Positions 29,783-38,775 of a stretch of 64,000 bases of DNA are shown one piece after another; the stretch's first letter is position 1; the number at the start of each line of letters is the position of its first letter. The notes under the pieces were generated by a model. It was not told the DNA's origin. It saw only the letters and a program-made list of their open reading frames with translations, and did no database searches. The stretch covers positions 96,001 to 160,000 of the IMG/VR virus record IMGVR_UViG_3300045988_161114, one strand, 5' to 3'. This DNA is from a virus. The translations under genes and the position numbers were made by a program.

Positions 29783-30370
29783 TCACACTTTCATGTTCAT
29801 ATTGGCTCTTTTCCAACCATACCCTCCTACACTCTCAGGTGCAGTCTTCCGATACATAGAGAATGAATCAAGTGCTGATTGCGAAGCAGCACGTGCCTTT
29901 TCGGAATTCTGAATCAAAGATTGTGAGAAGGACATTCTTGGTAGCTTGGAAACAATATCTTGCCCAGAGCTACGACTCATGATATGTGCACGTTGAAACG
30001 AATCCATATCAGAAATGATTCTTCCAGCAGCACCTCTCCTAAATCCTCTGAATGCACCAAATGCAGCACCAAGTGCAGCACCTGATTTCAAACCATCAAG
30101 AGTCTTATCAGTAACATCACCACCAGTAGCCATAGCAATAGCAGCATTCATGCCACCAATTGTAGCAGCCCCTGTAGTGATAGACCCTAAGAATCTTGAA
30201 CGAGATTCTGCTTGTGTGATAAAACCAGAGTTCTTAAATAGTTTTTCTGTTTGCGAAGCAGGGGTATTTAGAACCTTGTTCGCAATAACACTCATGGTTT
30301 CATCAGCTGTTGGTGCGCCACCTTTTTTAGCAAATGCACCAGTAAGTTTATTGAACAGACCCATAATCAA
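29783..30370 (-). CDS. glycine-zipper-type Gly/Ala-rich protein (195 aa)
   Basis: GSITTGAATIGGMNAAIAMATGG and GAALGAAFGAFRGF small-xxx-small repeats. Confidence 0.6.
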   Translation of the reverse strand: MIMGLFNKLTGAFAKKGGAPTADETMSVIANKVLNTPASQTEKLFKNSGFITQAESRSRFLGSITTGAATIGGMNAAIAMATGGDVTDKTLDGLKSGAALGAAFGAFRGFRRGAAGRIISDMDSFQRAHIMSRSSGQDIVSKLPRMSFSQSLIQNSEKARAASQSALDSFSMYRKTAPESVGGYGWKRANMNMKV

Positions 30371-30909
30371 ATGACTCCGTTACGTTTTAAGAAGCTCTCA
30401 AATTCCGGACCTCTGTCAAAGTCCTCTTTAGGACTTGGACTCCAGCTATTTGCAGCATTTCTTGTTTGGAAATCTTTTCTGAACAAACCTTCAAATGCTT
30501 TAGCATCTCCAGGTCCAGCCCCATCAAATGCACTAGCAAAAGCTTTGTCCATGTGTTTACTTCCTCCATTCATCCCTGAACCAGCATCAAATCCGGCCAT
30601 AGCCTCTGAAACAGCTTTCTTAGCGCCAGTTGCACTGGCAGCTAAATCACTAGCAAGGTTACGGAATCCAGTTGATTTGTGAGCAGCGTAAGCAATGCCC
30701 GCGCCGGCAATCGCACCAAAGGTGCCACCACCAACTGTACCTCCAAATGCTGTAGTGTTGTCGGACAAGATGCCATTTCCTAAGCCATAGGCTGCGCCAG
30801 CAGCGGCACCAACACCGACCCCACCTGTCCATTGTGGAGCAATTTCGGATTTACCAAGGAAGTTTTGTACTCTAGCATACATACTGAAACGTTTATTGGC
30901 GATAGCCAT
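30367..30909 (-). CDS. glycine-zipper-type Gly/Ala-rich protein (180 aa)
   Basis: GGVGVGAAAGAAYGLGNG...GGTVGGGTFGAIAGAGIAYAA. 4-nt overlap with the downstream paralogue-like gene. Confidence 0.6.
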   Translation of the reverse strand: MAIANKRFSMYARVQNFLGKSEIAPQWTGGVGVGAAAGAAYGLGNGILSDNTTAFGGTVGGGTFGAIAGAGIAYAAHKSTGFRNLASDLAASATGAKKAVSEAMAGFDAGSGMNGGSKHMDKAFASAFDGAGPGDAKAFEGLFRKDFQTRNAANSWSPSPKEDFDRGPEFESFLKRNGVI

Positions 30910-31383
30910 AAAGTACGCTCCTTGTAAGATTGAATTAAAAATTTTTCTAGATCTAGAAACACTTTTATAGTGTTTCCAATATAATACTATACATATTTGT
31001 TTTTGGGTAGACCGAAAGTGCCATTGGGGAAATATTTTTGATATATATAATTTTTGGGAGAATTTAATATTGATTTAAGGGAGAAGTGATTTATTTTGCC
31101 CCCGGGGTGATGTGAGGGAGAGAAGAAGACCGAGAGTGATAATGGATAAGCACTATAAAAATATAATTATTGAAACCTAATGTAAACACAAAATACATCT
31201 GCACTTCGACTGAGCACAATATATAAAATAAGTACATCTATTGTTAGTCTGAGCACCTGGTGTGTATTTTATGGTTTCTTGTGGAGTGGGGTATAGTCCG
31301 GGATTTGCCCCCTGGACTGTATCCATGTTATTACATCATCCACATTCATTAGATTAATTTTATTTTTATAAGGAGTAACCAAA

Positions 31384-31530
31384 ATGGTTAAATTCATCAT
31401 CGCTTTAGTAGTATTCTTCTCAGTCCTGTTTTGCGGAATTGAATCTTTAATGAGCTCATCCAAAGCAGCTGATGCATTAAGTAGTCGTAATGCAGTAATC
31501 GAATGCAAGGTTGAAGGCAATTGTAAGTAA
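31384..31530 (+). CDS. small secreted/membrane peptide (48 aa)
   Basis: AAGGAG RBS 8 nt upstream. MVKFIIALVVFFSVLFCGIES... signal-like N-terminus. Preferred over the antisense 83-aa ORF. Confidence 0.5.
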   Translation: MVKFIIALVVFFSVLFCGIESLMSSSKAADALSSRNAVIECKVEGNCK

Positions 31531-31598
31531 TTATCTTATTTTTATTAATTTATTTGTTTTTCAATTCTATTTTTTATTTTTTAAGAAAGGTTTATATT

Positions 31599-31769
31599 AT
31601 GAAAAGCCCAATCAAATTCCGTTGGATCTTGGTTATCCTGTTTGCAGTATTTATGTTTAATACTGTTAATAATAGTCTTAAACGTTCAGACTATAACCAT
31701 TGTCTTGTTACGTCTAAAATGACATCTGAGCAATGTCAATCTTTAACTGGTTATCAACTAAATAAGTAA
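31599..31769 (+). CDS. small TM protein (56 aa)
   Basis: Internal ATG with an AAGAAAGG RBS. MKSPIKFRWILVILFAVFMF... Confidence 0.5.
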   Translation: MKSPIKFRWILVILFAVFMFNTVNNSLKRSDYNHCLVTSKMTSEQCQSLTGYQLNK

Positions 31770-31784
31770 TTTAAGGAGATTAAA

Positions 31785-32120
31785 ATGGTTAAATTTGAAA
31801 ACAAAAACCAAGTAATTGATACACTGAATTCTGCTGAGCTTTGGCTTGGCATTTTCAAAGATGTTGAGGATCAATTCTATTTAAAAATGGAATGCTTTGA
31901 TGATCCAAGTCATCTTGTGATACAATTGGATTATTACTGTGATCATTGGCTTGAACCATTGCTTTATAATGCCCGATTGCGTGAGTGCATTAAATGGTTT
32001 ATTGATAATAATAAATCATTAGATGAGCTGAATGACGTTATCAATGATGCACTTATAGGTAAGACATCTTATCTAGTGCCTCGTAAACCAATAGAAGAGG
32101 ATGATGAAATCCCCTTCTAA
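31785..32120 (+). CDS. hypothetical protein (111 aa)
   Basis: TAAGGAG RBS 7 nt upstream of the ATG. Confidence 0.7.
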   Translation: MVKFENKNQVIDTLNSAELWLGIFKDVEDQFYLKMECFDDPSHLVIQLDYYCDHWLEPLLYNARLRECIKWFIDNNKSLDELNDVINDALIGKTSYLVPRKPIEEDDEIPF

Positions 32121-32251
32121 AAATAATATAGCCTTATAGAAATATAGGGCTTATTCGAAACACCCCTGTAGCATATGGGGTGTCTAGTGGAATTGACCTA
32201 CCACTACTGATGAGATTGGTCTTTTATAACTTTCTTCAAAAGGATATCAAA

Positions 32252-32989
32252 ATGAAATTAAATTTACAAAAACTCGACATCGAAAGAGAATACTTCATTG
32301 AAAAAGAGGTAATCGTTTCTATGGATGGGACAGATCCAGAATCTTACGTAAAATACGTAAGCAATCCCGGATTTATGTGGCTTTCAGACATCATAGAAAA
32401 TAAAATGCACTTTCTTCAAAAAGAAAGGGGCACTCAAAGGTATAAAGAGTATGAGTACGAAGACGATTACTACCTCTGGGATTTCTATGACAAAAGAAAT
32501 ACAGAGATGCCTCCAAGCGATGGAACTTATACATCAGTCCATTATCATGGTCTTGAAGCGTATACGGATCTAGGTTCTTTAGATGATAAAATAACTCCTA
32601 TTATCACTAAAGATGTAGTAATATGCGGGTCCGACGTTCCGATAGGTCGTGTTGGTATTGTATTCGATGGCATAATTCACCGCGCCTTTTTTGTTGATGT
32701 AATGTCACACAAGAAAGAAAGGGATTCTGTTGACAGAAGTATGTCTATAAGAGAGGATGTGTTTTATGCAATGTCTAAGGCTATTATTGGCAAACGTCAA
32801 TATATAGAGACATATTCTTCATGCAGGAATATACTTGGCATATGGGTCGAGTATTTTAAAGATGAAGAAGATGAGTTTAGTATCAGAAACATGGCAAATA
32901 AACTAAATGTTCCTATTTCTAATATTACAATACCTAATAGAGTCGGGAGACACAAAGATGGAAATGAATTAAAAAATTATCTTTTTTAA
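32252..32989 (+). CDS. hypothetical protein (245 aa from the internal ATG)
   Basis: ATG 32252 is preceded by AAAAGGA. The track ORF starts earlier at 32180 without an RBS. Confidence 0.65.
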   Translation: MKLNLQKLDIEREYFIEKEVIVSMDGTDPESYVKYVSNPGFMWLSDIIENKMHFLQKERGTQRYKEYEYEDDYYLWDFYDKRNTEMPPSDGTYTSVHYHGLEAYTDLGSLDDKITPIITKDVVICGSDVPIGRVGIVFDGIIHRAFFVDVMSHKKERDSVDRSMSIREDVFYAMSKAIIGKRQYIETYSSCRNILGIWVEYFKDEEDEFSIRNMANKLNVPISNITIPNRVGRHKDGNELKNYLF

Positions 32990-33083
32990 TAATATTAGTC
33001 CTGAGTATGACTATAAACTGCTCCTGTATATGGATGTGTATCCATACTGTTGAGTACAAAAGTACGAAACAGCTTTCTTCATG

Positions 33084-33120
33084 GGTTTATAGTACAGCCT
33101 TACTATAAACCTTTATTTTA
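33084..33120 (+). promoter_or_regulatory. 11-bp perfect hairpin + T-rich tail upstream of RNAP-A
   Basis: GGTTTATAGTA cagcct TACTATAAACC, then TTTATTTTAAC. The word ACTATAAAC also occurs at 33010-33018. Confidence 0.45.
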
Positions 33121-33145
33121 ACTTGTCTATAGAAAGGACATTATT

Positions 33146-36100
33146 ATGGCTAACACTATCAACACAATCAACTTCTTTGCTTCTCTTCCTGAAGATCGTC
33201 AAACTGCTATCAAAGAGGTGGCGAATCAACTGGTATCGGCAATTGGAACGGTTGCTACAAATGAACATAGAGATGTTAAAATCTCTGTACACGGCGTAGA
33301 GATTGCGATGCGCATTAAATCTGTATCGCGTAAAGGCAAAGCGTTTGTGACCTTTGTTAAGGGTCGCAATAACGGAGCAGCTCTTCAATTAATGGGCGCC
33401 CTTAAACTTGTAGAGGGTCGCAACTATGCAGTCAATAGGGTTCTTTGCAGTGGTTACGAGTCTTTCGTTAACAAATTCTTTATGTTAAATAAAGAAACCA
33501 CAATTGTTGAGAAGAAAAAAGAAGTTACTTTCCGTAAGGAAATCATCACTTCTGCGGAGGCATTCTTCGGTTTTGTTGTAAAATTGTCTTCCGATTCTAA
33601 AAACAAGATCGAAGATATTCTGGATGCTATGCGTCAACGTCCAGGTCTCAGATATGCGCCCGTATCACATATCATGCCGCGTGCTCAACTTGCCCAATAC
33701 CGCATTCCTGGTTGGGAGATTGAAACTGGTGAACTGGATAGCATGAATTTATCTCCAGACATCAATAGCAAGTTGGCGTCTATTGGTGCATTTAGCCAAG
33801 GCGCAGTTGATTCTATGGCTGCAGTGTTCGACAATGATATGACATACAGCATCAATGATAGCACTAAGTCAATCGCCCGTTTTGGATTGAATCCATCTGA
33901 ACATAAATCAGTATCTATAGGCGTTAAAAAAGTTGCAGTCATTGTAGGTGTCGATATGCCAGAAGGTTACAATCGTCTCAACGATAGCATCTATACTTCT
34001 ATTGTTGGCGGTGCTATACATGCCAACAAAAATGAGTACCTGAAATATGGTGCTGTCCGCGTCATCTCTGAGAACCATGCAAAAGGCGTGGCTGCCTTTA
34101 TTGGTGATGAGTTTGAGGCTGCTGCTAAAGAACTTGGCGTTCAATACATCACAGGCAAATTAAAATCCAAGTCTGTAGGCTTAGGATATAATCTTGTTAG
34201 CAATGGTAAAAGCCTGAAGGAGTTTATCATTGACCTGTACAACGATGCTGAATTCCGGGCTGAGGTAAACAACACTCTGGCTTCTTTTGTTAAAGAGGTT
34301 AAGATTGGCGGGCTTGTTTATAAAGTTATCATTATCAACGAAGAGCTGCATGTAACTTCTTTCTATTCCCTGGAGGGATGGGAATATACTGAGAAGTTCC
34401 TGAACAAGCAAGAGGATATCAAATCTCATGCCTCTATTGATGAGGCTGAGTTTGAATTATTGGGTGTTGAACAAATCGACGAGGATTCTTTATCCGAAGA
34501 GGAAATCGAGACTCTGAATGCTAGCAGCGTTATGAAATTGTTTATTGAAAGCATCAAAACCAACCCTGATTTCAAAGTAGGGGAAGAATTGCTTAATATG
34601 AAACGCGAAGGCCTGATCACTAAGAGCAAGAAAGTGGGCCGTATCTCTCTGTTGACCCTTGATTCTATTAAAGATCAATTTGGCGAAGAAGCCCTGAAGT
34701 CCTTCTTGGAGGCAAACATTGATAACTCATACCTGGTTGAGTCATCTATTATGACCAAAGACCTCTCTCCTCGTATTTATGAAGAGGGTGAAATCAAGTT
34801 CATCTTGAAAGAACTGTTTGATGATAGCATTGCTTATGCGGGTAACGGAACTCTGAAGGCAGGGAACTTTAAGTCTTATGGCAAGGACAAACAAATGATC
34901 TCCAACACGATCGATCGTTTGCTTAATGGTGATTCTTCAATTGGTTGGGTTGGTCTGACCAATACGGGGTTTACTATTGAGTTTGCTGGATACGATTTTG
35001 TGTTCCCAGCATGGGGCAAACTTAAAGGCCAGATCATTCTTCCTAATGAGGATGATTTGAGTGAGGGCCTTATTGGTGGCAAGCTGGTGGGCACTTTGAT
35101 GTCTATCTACCAAATGATCAAGTTCCAAAACAATAAAGGTGCTGTATTGACCTATGCCAAACATATGTTGACCTTAGAGCAACTGTTCTTGGGTAGCCGC
35201 ATTACCAAGATGCGTATGTCTAATAATGCGAACATGATACTGGTTCCACAAACAAAAGATCTGGTAAATGTATACACTACAAACAAGACTGTCCGCAAAG
35301 GTATCCAAGAAGATGGTCAGCTTGGCTATATCAAATACCCAGAATTGATGCTGCAATCATTCAAGTTGGTTAGCGCCAAGTCTGATACACCGTTCTGGAC
35401 ATCTTCTGAAGAATATTCTATTTTTGATATCCTGGAGGAGTCTGTTCTTCGCATTCCTCCAATGCTTGCTTTGTCCAACCAAGACGATTTCGACGGTGAT
35501 AGAGCCACCGTTTTCTTTGCTAAAGGTCTTGATGGTTACGATACCTGGACAACTGAACATACTCTTGGGAAAGATAATCTGATTGGTGCGTATCAGGCTG
35601 CATATGTTGCAGATGAAGAAGAGTCTTTGTTAAAAGGTTTGGATGTTATCAATGATAGCACTATTAAGTGCTATCCTGTTGAGGAGTTCCAAAGTGGTGT
35701 AGAAAAACTGGTTAAAGCTAAGCAGGATACCGGGAAATATACCAATGCCTTGGTTCAATCAATTCCACTGTTCGAAGCCATGACTGCTTTGAAAGACGGT
35801 TTATCTAAAGAAGAGGCACGTATTGCTATTGCCTCTATGGGTGTTGCCGTACAGAACGGTGCAATTTCACAAATGAAGCATGAGAATAGGGGTTATTCAC
35901 TTATCGATATGATGTACCTGTTCTCAGCTTCTGAGCGTAATGCACACGACGACTCTATCTCTTTGGCTGATGCTTGGGAAGAGGCAATTGAGTCTACAGT
36001 CGGCAACAAGGAAATGGCACGTCGCATCTCCACAATTATTGCTGAGAAGGCTCCACGTATCATCGAGCACAGCAACATGGTCAAACTTGGCAAAGTATAC

Positions 36101-36496
36101 AGTGAGGGTGAGTACGATTACTACAACCACTTCGGTACAAGAGCTACAGGTCTGGCTTTGTCTCGTATGGGGTTTGGCTCATACATGCAAAACCTTAATG
36201 GTGTGATCTATTCCTCTATTGATGGAACCGAAGAGGAAATCAAAGATTATGTAGATGCTACAATGTCTATTGGTCGTACATTTGATGACTTCTTCAAAGT
36301 GGTTGAGTCTCGTGGTACTAAGCACTCTACTGCTCCCAAAGCCAGCATCTACGGAGCAATAGGTATGTTCTTTGAAGCTGCCGAGAAAGCTGCCAAATCA
36401 TTGAAAGCTATCCAAGCAATCAATGTGTTTGCTGAGCGTGAGGCCTCTTCAACTGTTGAGGAACAAGCTTCAGCCTTGAATGACATGGGCTTCTAA
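33146..36496 (+). CDS. single-chain two-barrel (beta-like + beta'-like) RNA polymerase candidate A (1116 aa)
   Basis: Beta-like GAVRVISENHAKGVAAF (aa ~303-317). Beta'-like IKYPELMLQSF...VLRIPPMLALSNQDDFDGDRATVFF, with the Asp triad at nt 35486-35500. RBS AGAAAGGA. Confidence 0.7.
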   Translation: MANTINTINFFASLPEDRQTAIKEVANQLVSAIGTVATNEHRDVKISVHGVEIAMRIKSVSRKGKAFVTFVKGRNNGAALQLMGALKLVEGRNYAVNRVLCSGYESFVNKFFMLNKETTIVEKKKEVTFRKEIITSAEAFFGFVVKLSSDSKNKIEDILDAMRQRPGLRYAPVSHIMPRAQLAQYRIPGWEIETGELDSMNLSPDINSKLASIGAFSQGAVDSMAAVFDNDMTYSINDSTKSIARFGLNPSEHKSVSIGVKKVAVIVGVDMPEGYNRLNDSIYTSIVGGAIHANKNEYLKYGAVRVISENHAKGVAAFIGDEFEAAAKELGVQYITGKLKSKSVGLGYNLVSNGKSLKEFIIDLYNDAEFRAEVNNTLASFVKEVKIGGLVYKVIIINEELHVTSFYSLEGWEYTEKFLNKQEDIKSHASIDEAEFELLGVEQIDEDSLSEEEIETLNASSVMKLFIESIKTNPDFKVGEELLNMKREGLITKSKKVGRISLLTLDSIKDQFGEEALKSFLEANIDNSYLVESSIMTKDLSPRIYEEGEIKFILKELFDDSIAYAGNGTLKAGNFKSYGKDKQMISNTIDRLLNGDSSIGWVGLTNTGFTIEFAGYDFVFPAWGKLKGQIILPNEDDLSEGLIGGKLVGTLMSIYQMIKFQNNKGAVLTYAKHMLTLEQLFLGSRITKMRMSNNANMILVPQTKDLVNVYTTNKTVRKGIQEDGQLGYIKYPELMLQSFKLVSAKSDTPFWTSSEEYSIFDILEESVLRIPPMLALSNQDDFDGDRATVFFAKGLDGYDTWTTEHTLGKDNLIGAYQAAYVADEEESLLKGLDVINDSTIKCYPVEEFQSGVEKLVKAKQDTGKYTNALVQSIPLFEAMTALKDGLSKEEARIAIASMGVAVQNGAISQMKHENRGYSLIDMMYLFSASERNAHDDSISLADAWEEAIESTVGNKEMARRISTIIAEKAPRIIEHSNMVKLGKVYSEGEYDYYNHFGTRATGLALSRMGFGSYMQNLNGVIYSSIDGTEEEIKDYVDATMSIGRTFDDFFKVVESRGTKHSTAPKASIYGAIGMFFEAAEKAAKSLKAIQAINVFAEREASSTVEEQASALNDMGF

Positions 36497-36521
36497 GACT
36501 CCGTACCAACAAAAGAACAAA

Positions 36522-36580
36522 GACACTACCGCTCCGTTACAAATTACTGTAGCGGAAAAGTAGTGTCGATTCTTTTGTGA
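36522..36580 (+). repeat. hairpin + T-tract cassette copy 1
   Basis: GACACTAC(CCGCT...AGCGG)...GTAGTGTC, then GATTCTTTTGTGA. Starts 26 nt after the RNAP-A stop. Confidence 0.6.
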
Positions 36581-36631
36581 GAACTTACTAAGGTTTCTAG
36601 TGAGATCATTAGTATGTACACTGTTTATTTA

Positions 36632-36683
36632 AAAGTGCCGGCACTCTTAAGGGTGAGTGTCGACACTTTAATGATTATTTTGT
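36632..36683 (+). repeat. hairpin + T-rich cassette copy 2
   Basis: AAAGTGCCGGCACT / AGTGTCGACACTTT (14 bp, 1 mismatch, 1 G-T). 33 nt upstream of ATG 36702. Confidence 0.6.
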
Positions 36684-36701
36684 TAACCCTTGGAGAGTAT
36701 T

Positions 36702-37040
36702 ATGAACTACAACAAATTATTGAAGAAAGACCTTATCGCGTTACTGGTGAAGAAAGAGTCTGAGGTACAGGCTCTGACTAACAAGGTTGAGGAACTGACC
36801 TTGGCTTTACAACGTAATACCGGTGTTATGGAACAACGACCTTTGATTGAATCCAATGCTCGTGAAGAGGTTTTGACGTTCGTTCAGAAACGGGATTTGT
36901 TGTTCCGTTTCCAAAGGGCATTTGGTACCAAGTTGTATGATACTAGAATCAGTACTAATGGTGCTGAATGGCGTAGGAAAGGGGGTACATATGATACTCC
37001 GTGGAATCCTATTACTGAAGATACTTTTACTGGTAGGTAA
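36702..37040 (+). CDS. hypothetical early protein (112 aa)
   Basis: TTGGAG RBS + 6 nt + ATG. The track start 36690 is the TTG of the RBS. Confidence 0.7.
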   Translation: MNYNKLLKKDLIALLVKKESEVQALTNKVEELTLALQRNTGVMEQRPLIESNAREEVLTFVQKRDLLFRFQRAFGTKLYDTRISTNGAEWRRKGGTYDTPWNPITEDTFTGR

Positions 37041-37050
37041 AGCACTAGAG

Positions 37051-37088
37051 ATCGGCGCATTAATATGTGTGTGTCGATTTCTTTTTGA
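37051..37088 (+). repeat. hairpin + T-tract cassette copy 3
   Basis: ATCGGCGC / GTGTCGAT (8 bp, 2 G-T), then TTCTTTTTGA. Confidence 0.65.
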
Positions 37089-37122
37089 GGTTTTATACCT
37101 TGTGTGAGTGTAAGTAACTTTA

Positions 37123-37168
37123 TCGGCACCTTAAGCTTTACGGCTTTCGGTGTCGACTCTTTTTTGAT
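37123..37168 (+). repeat. hairpin + T-tract cassette copy 4
   Basis: TCGGCACC / GGTGTCGA, 18-nt loop, then CTCTTTTTTGAT. 38 nt upstream of ATG 37194. Confidence 0.65.
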
Positions 37169-37193
37169 ATTAACTTTTTTAATGGAGATTGCT

Positions 37194-37394
37194 ATGTTTG
37201 TTCCTCATGTCAACTTTGCCAACACTGAAGTCTTAACAGCATACTTTGAAGAAAATGATCCCTTTGTAGAGATTAAAGAATACCAAGGGTACGTTAAAGC
37301 AGTTGATACCGAAACCGGTGAACGTGCTTTTTGGGTTAAAGGTCTTAATGGATTCTTAACATTCGATAGCAGTAATGCATCTTATTGCTGCTAA
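37194..37394 (+). CDS. hypothetical early protein (66 aa)
   Basis: ATGGAG RBS-like sequence + ATG 37194. The upstream part of the track ORF covers cassettes. Confidence 0.6.
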   Translation: MFVPHVNFANTEVLTAYFEENDPFVEIKEYQGYVKAVDTETGERAFWVKGLNGFLTFDSSNASYCC

Positions 37395-37400
37395 TATTGG

Positions 37401-37437
37401 AATCGGCATCTATTGTAGGTGTCGATTTCTTTTTGAT
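37401..37437 (+). repeat. hairpin + T-tract cassette copy 5
   Basis: AATCGGCATC / GGTGTCGATT (10 bp, 2 G-T), then TCTTTTTGAT. Confidence 0.65.
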
Positions 37438-37473
37438 TATTTTTTTAACTTTTATGGCTATAGGAGGCCCCAA

Positions 37474-37830
37474 ATGAAATACATCCCTACTAAAAACATG
37501 TTCCAAATTTGGAATAACCCTGAAGAACGCAAAAAATTTGAGGACGCAGCACATGATGAAGCTAAAGAAAACTTCATTGCTGAACTCAAAGAAGAGGGCT
37601 ATAAATCTGTTGAAGAGTACAAAGACTACCTGCGCGGATATAGCAGTGCAGATCTGTTCCATGATGTACTCGAATACCGTGAAGAACGGGACAGAGAGGA
37701 TGATTTATCTAACCATCCAGATATCAGCCCGGAACAAAGTTTCCGCCATATGGTTTCATGTTTTGAGCATATCATTAACATCGATATCCATAATGACATC
37801 ATCGAACAGTTAGACAGATTAGGTAAATAA
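37474..37830 (+). CDS. hypothetical early protein (118 aa)
   Basis: AGGAGG RBS 6 nt upstream of ATG 37474. Confidence 0.7.
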   Translation: MKYIPTKNMFQIWNNPEERKKFEDAAHDEAKENFIAELKEEGYKSVEEYKDYLRGYSSADLFHDVLEYREERDREDDLSNHPDISPEQSFRHMVSCFEHIINIDIHNDIIEQLDRLGK

Positions 37831-37840
37831 CAATCTATAA

Positions 37841-37873
37841 GAGTCGGCACATAAAGTGTCGATTCTTTTTTGA
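37841..37873 (+). repeat. hairpin + T-tract cassette copy 6
   Basis: GAGTCGGCAC ataaa GTGTCGATTC, then TTTTTTGA. Confidence 0.7.
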
Positions 37874-37906
37874 GTAAAACCTTTTATACGGAGAAAGGAA
37901 TCCAAA

Positions 37907-38140
37907 ATGTTTGTTGTAGACAAAAAGGACTTTGATGTCCAACTTAAAAACAAAATTCAGGAGTGTATTAATAATCCTGAATTACAAGATATTATGCATG
38001 CAGATAATGGTAATTCTGTTATCTGCGGCTTTGGATACGTACAAGTCATCAATACAGATGGCGATGTATTGTATCAAGTTAATCATACGGGGATGGATGT
38101 GGTAGCTGATATTCGTAAGATTTGCGGTATCACTTACTAA
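37907..38140 (+). CDS. hypothetical early protein (77 aa)
   Basis: GGAGAAAGGA RBS region upstream of the ATG. Confidence 0.7.
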   Translation: MFVVDKKDFDVQLKNKIQECINNPELQDIMHADNGNSVICGFGYVQVINTDGDVLYQVNHTGMDVVADIRKICGITY

Positions 38141-38146
38141 TACAGA

Positions 38147-38180
38147 AGAGTCGGCGCTTTTAGTGTCGATTCTTTTTTGA
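38147..38180 (+). repeat. hairpin + T-tract cassette copy 7
   Basis: AGAGTCGGCGC tttta GTGTCGATTCT (2 G-T), then TTTTTTGA. Confidence 0.7.
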
Positions 38181-38248
38181 AGAAAGTTGTTTTTCATAGG
38201 ATTAGTGTCGACGGGGTCCCTTTTCTCCGCCTGCTCTTCGTAGTGAAA

Positions 38249-38289
38249 GTCGCCACACCTCCCTAGGGCAGTGTCGACTTCTTTTTGAT
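38249..38289 (+). repeat. hairpin + T-tract cassette copy 8
   Basis: GTCG(CC)ACAC / GTGTCGAC, then TTCTTTTTGAT. An orphan TAGTGTCGAC half-site lies at 38203-38212. Confidence 0.6.
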
Positions 38290-38319
38290 TATTAACCATG
38301 TCTTAGAAAGGACAGCACC

Positions 38320-38697
38320 ATGAAAATCATTTTCTCACCTAAAGAAGTATCCGCCGCAAAAGAATTCAAATCTAAATTCTTTAGTCTGATTGAAAAGACC
38401 GCTGAAAAGGTTTGCATTGTAACCGGTAAAGATCCGAAACTGGCTAAGACTAAAGCCAAAGAATTCTTGAATAAGGATATTGTTACAGTATCAAATGAAG
38501 AATCTGGTGCATCTATTGTTGAAGTAGATGAAAAATGGGTTACTGGTTTCATTGATAAATTTGGTGAAACTGTTTATGCTTGGATTGATGTTGGTTTCAA
38601 TGTCATGGTATCCTGTTTACCATTGGCCAATATCGCATTCTTTAAGCAAAAAGAGCTTGGTGAACACATGAAACAGTTGAACAAAAAAGATTACTAA
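38320..38697 (+). CDS. hypothetical early protein (125 aa)
   Basis: AGAAAGGA RBS upstream of the ATG. Confidence 0.7.
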   Translation: MKIIFSPKEVSAAKEFKSKFFSLIEKTAEKVCIVTGKDPKLAKTKAKEFLNKDIVTVSNEESGASIVEVDEKWVTGFIDKFGETVYAWIDVGFNVMVSCLPLANIAFFKQKELGEHMKQLNKKDY

Positions 38698-38705
38698 TTT
38701 GAATC

Positions 38706-38749
38706 ATCGGCACTAGACAAATTAACGTTTAGTGTCGATTTTTTATTGA
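38706..38749 (+). repeat. hairpin + T-tract cassette copy 9
   Basis: ATCGGCACT / AGTGTCGAT, ~16-nt loop, then TTTTTATTGA. Confidence 0.65.
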
Positions 38750-38775
38750 AAGCCATCTAATAGAAAGGAAATGAT

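Noticed and set aside
31269-31520. 83-aa minus-strand ORF.
   Set aside because: It overlaps a plus-strand 48-aa ORF that has an AAGGAG RBS and a signal-like N-terminus. It has no RBS of its own and lies in the divergent intergenic region.
38203-38212. An extra TAGTGTCGAC half-site could be a separate cassette.
   Set aside because: It lacks its own complementary 5' arm and T-tract. It probably forms an alternative or extended structure with cassette 8 (GTCGAC is self-complementary), so I did not count it.
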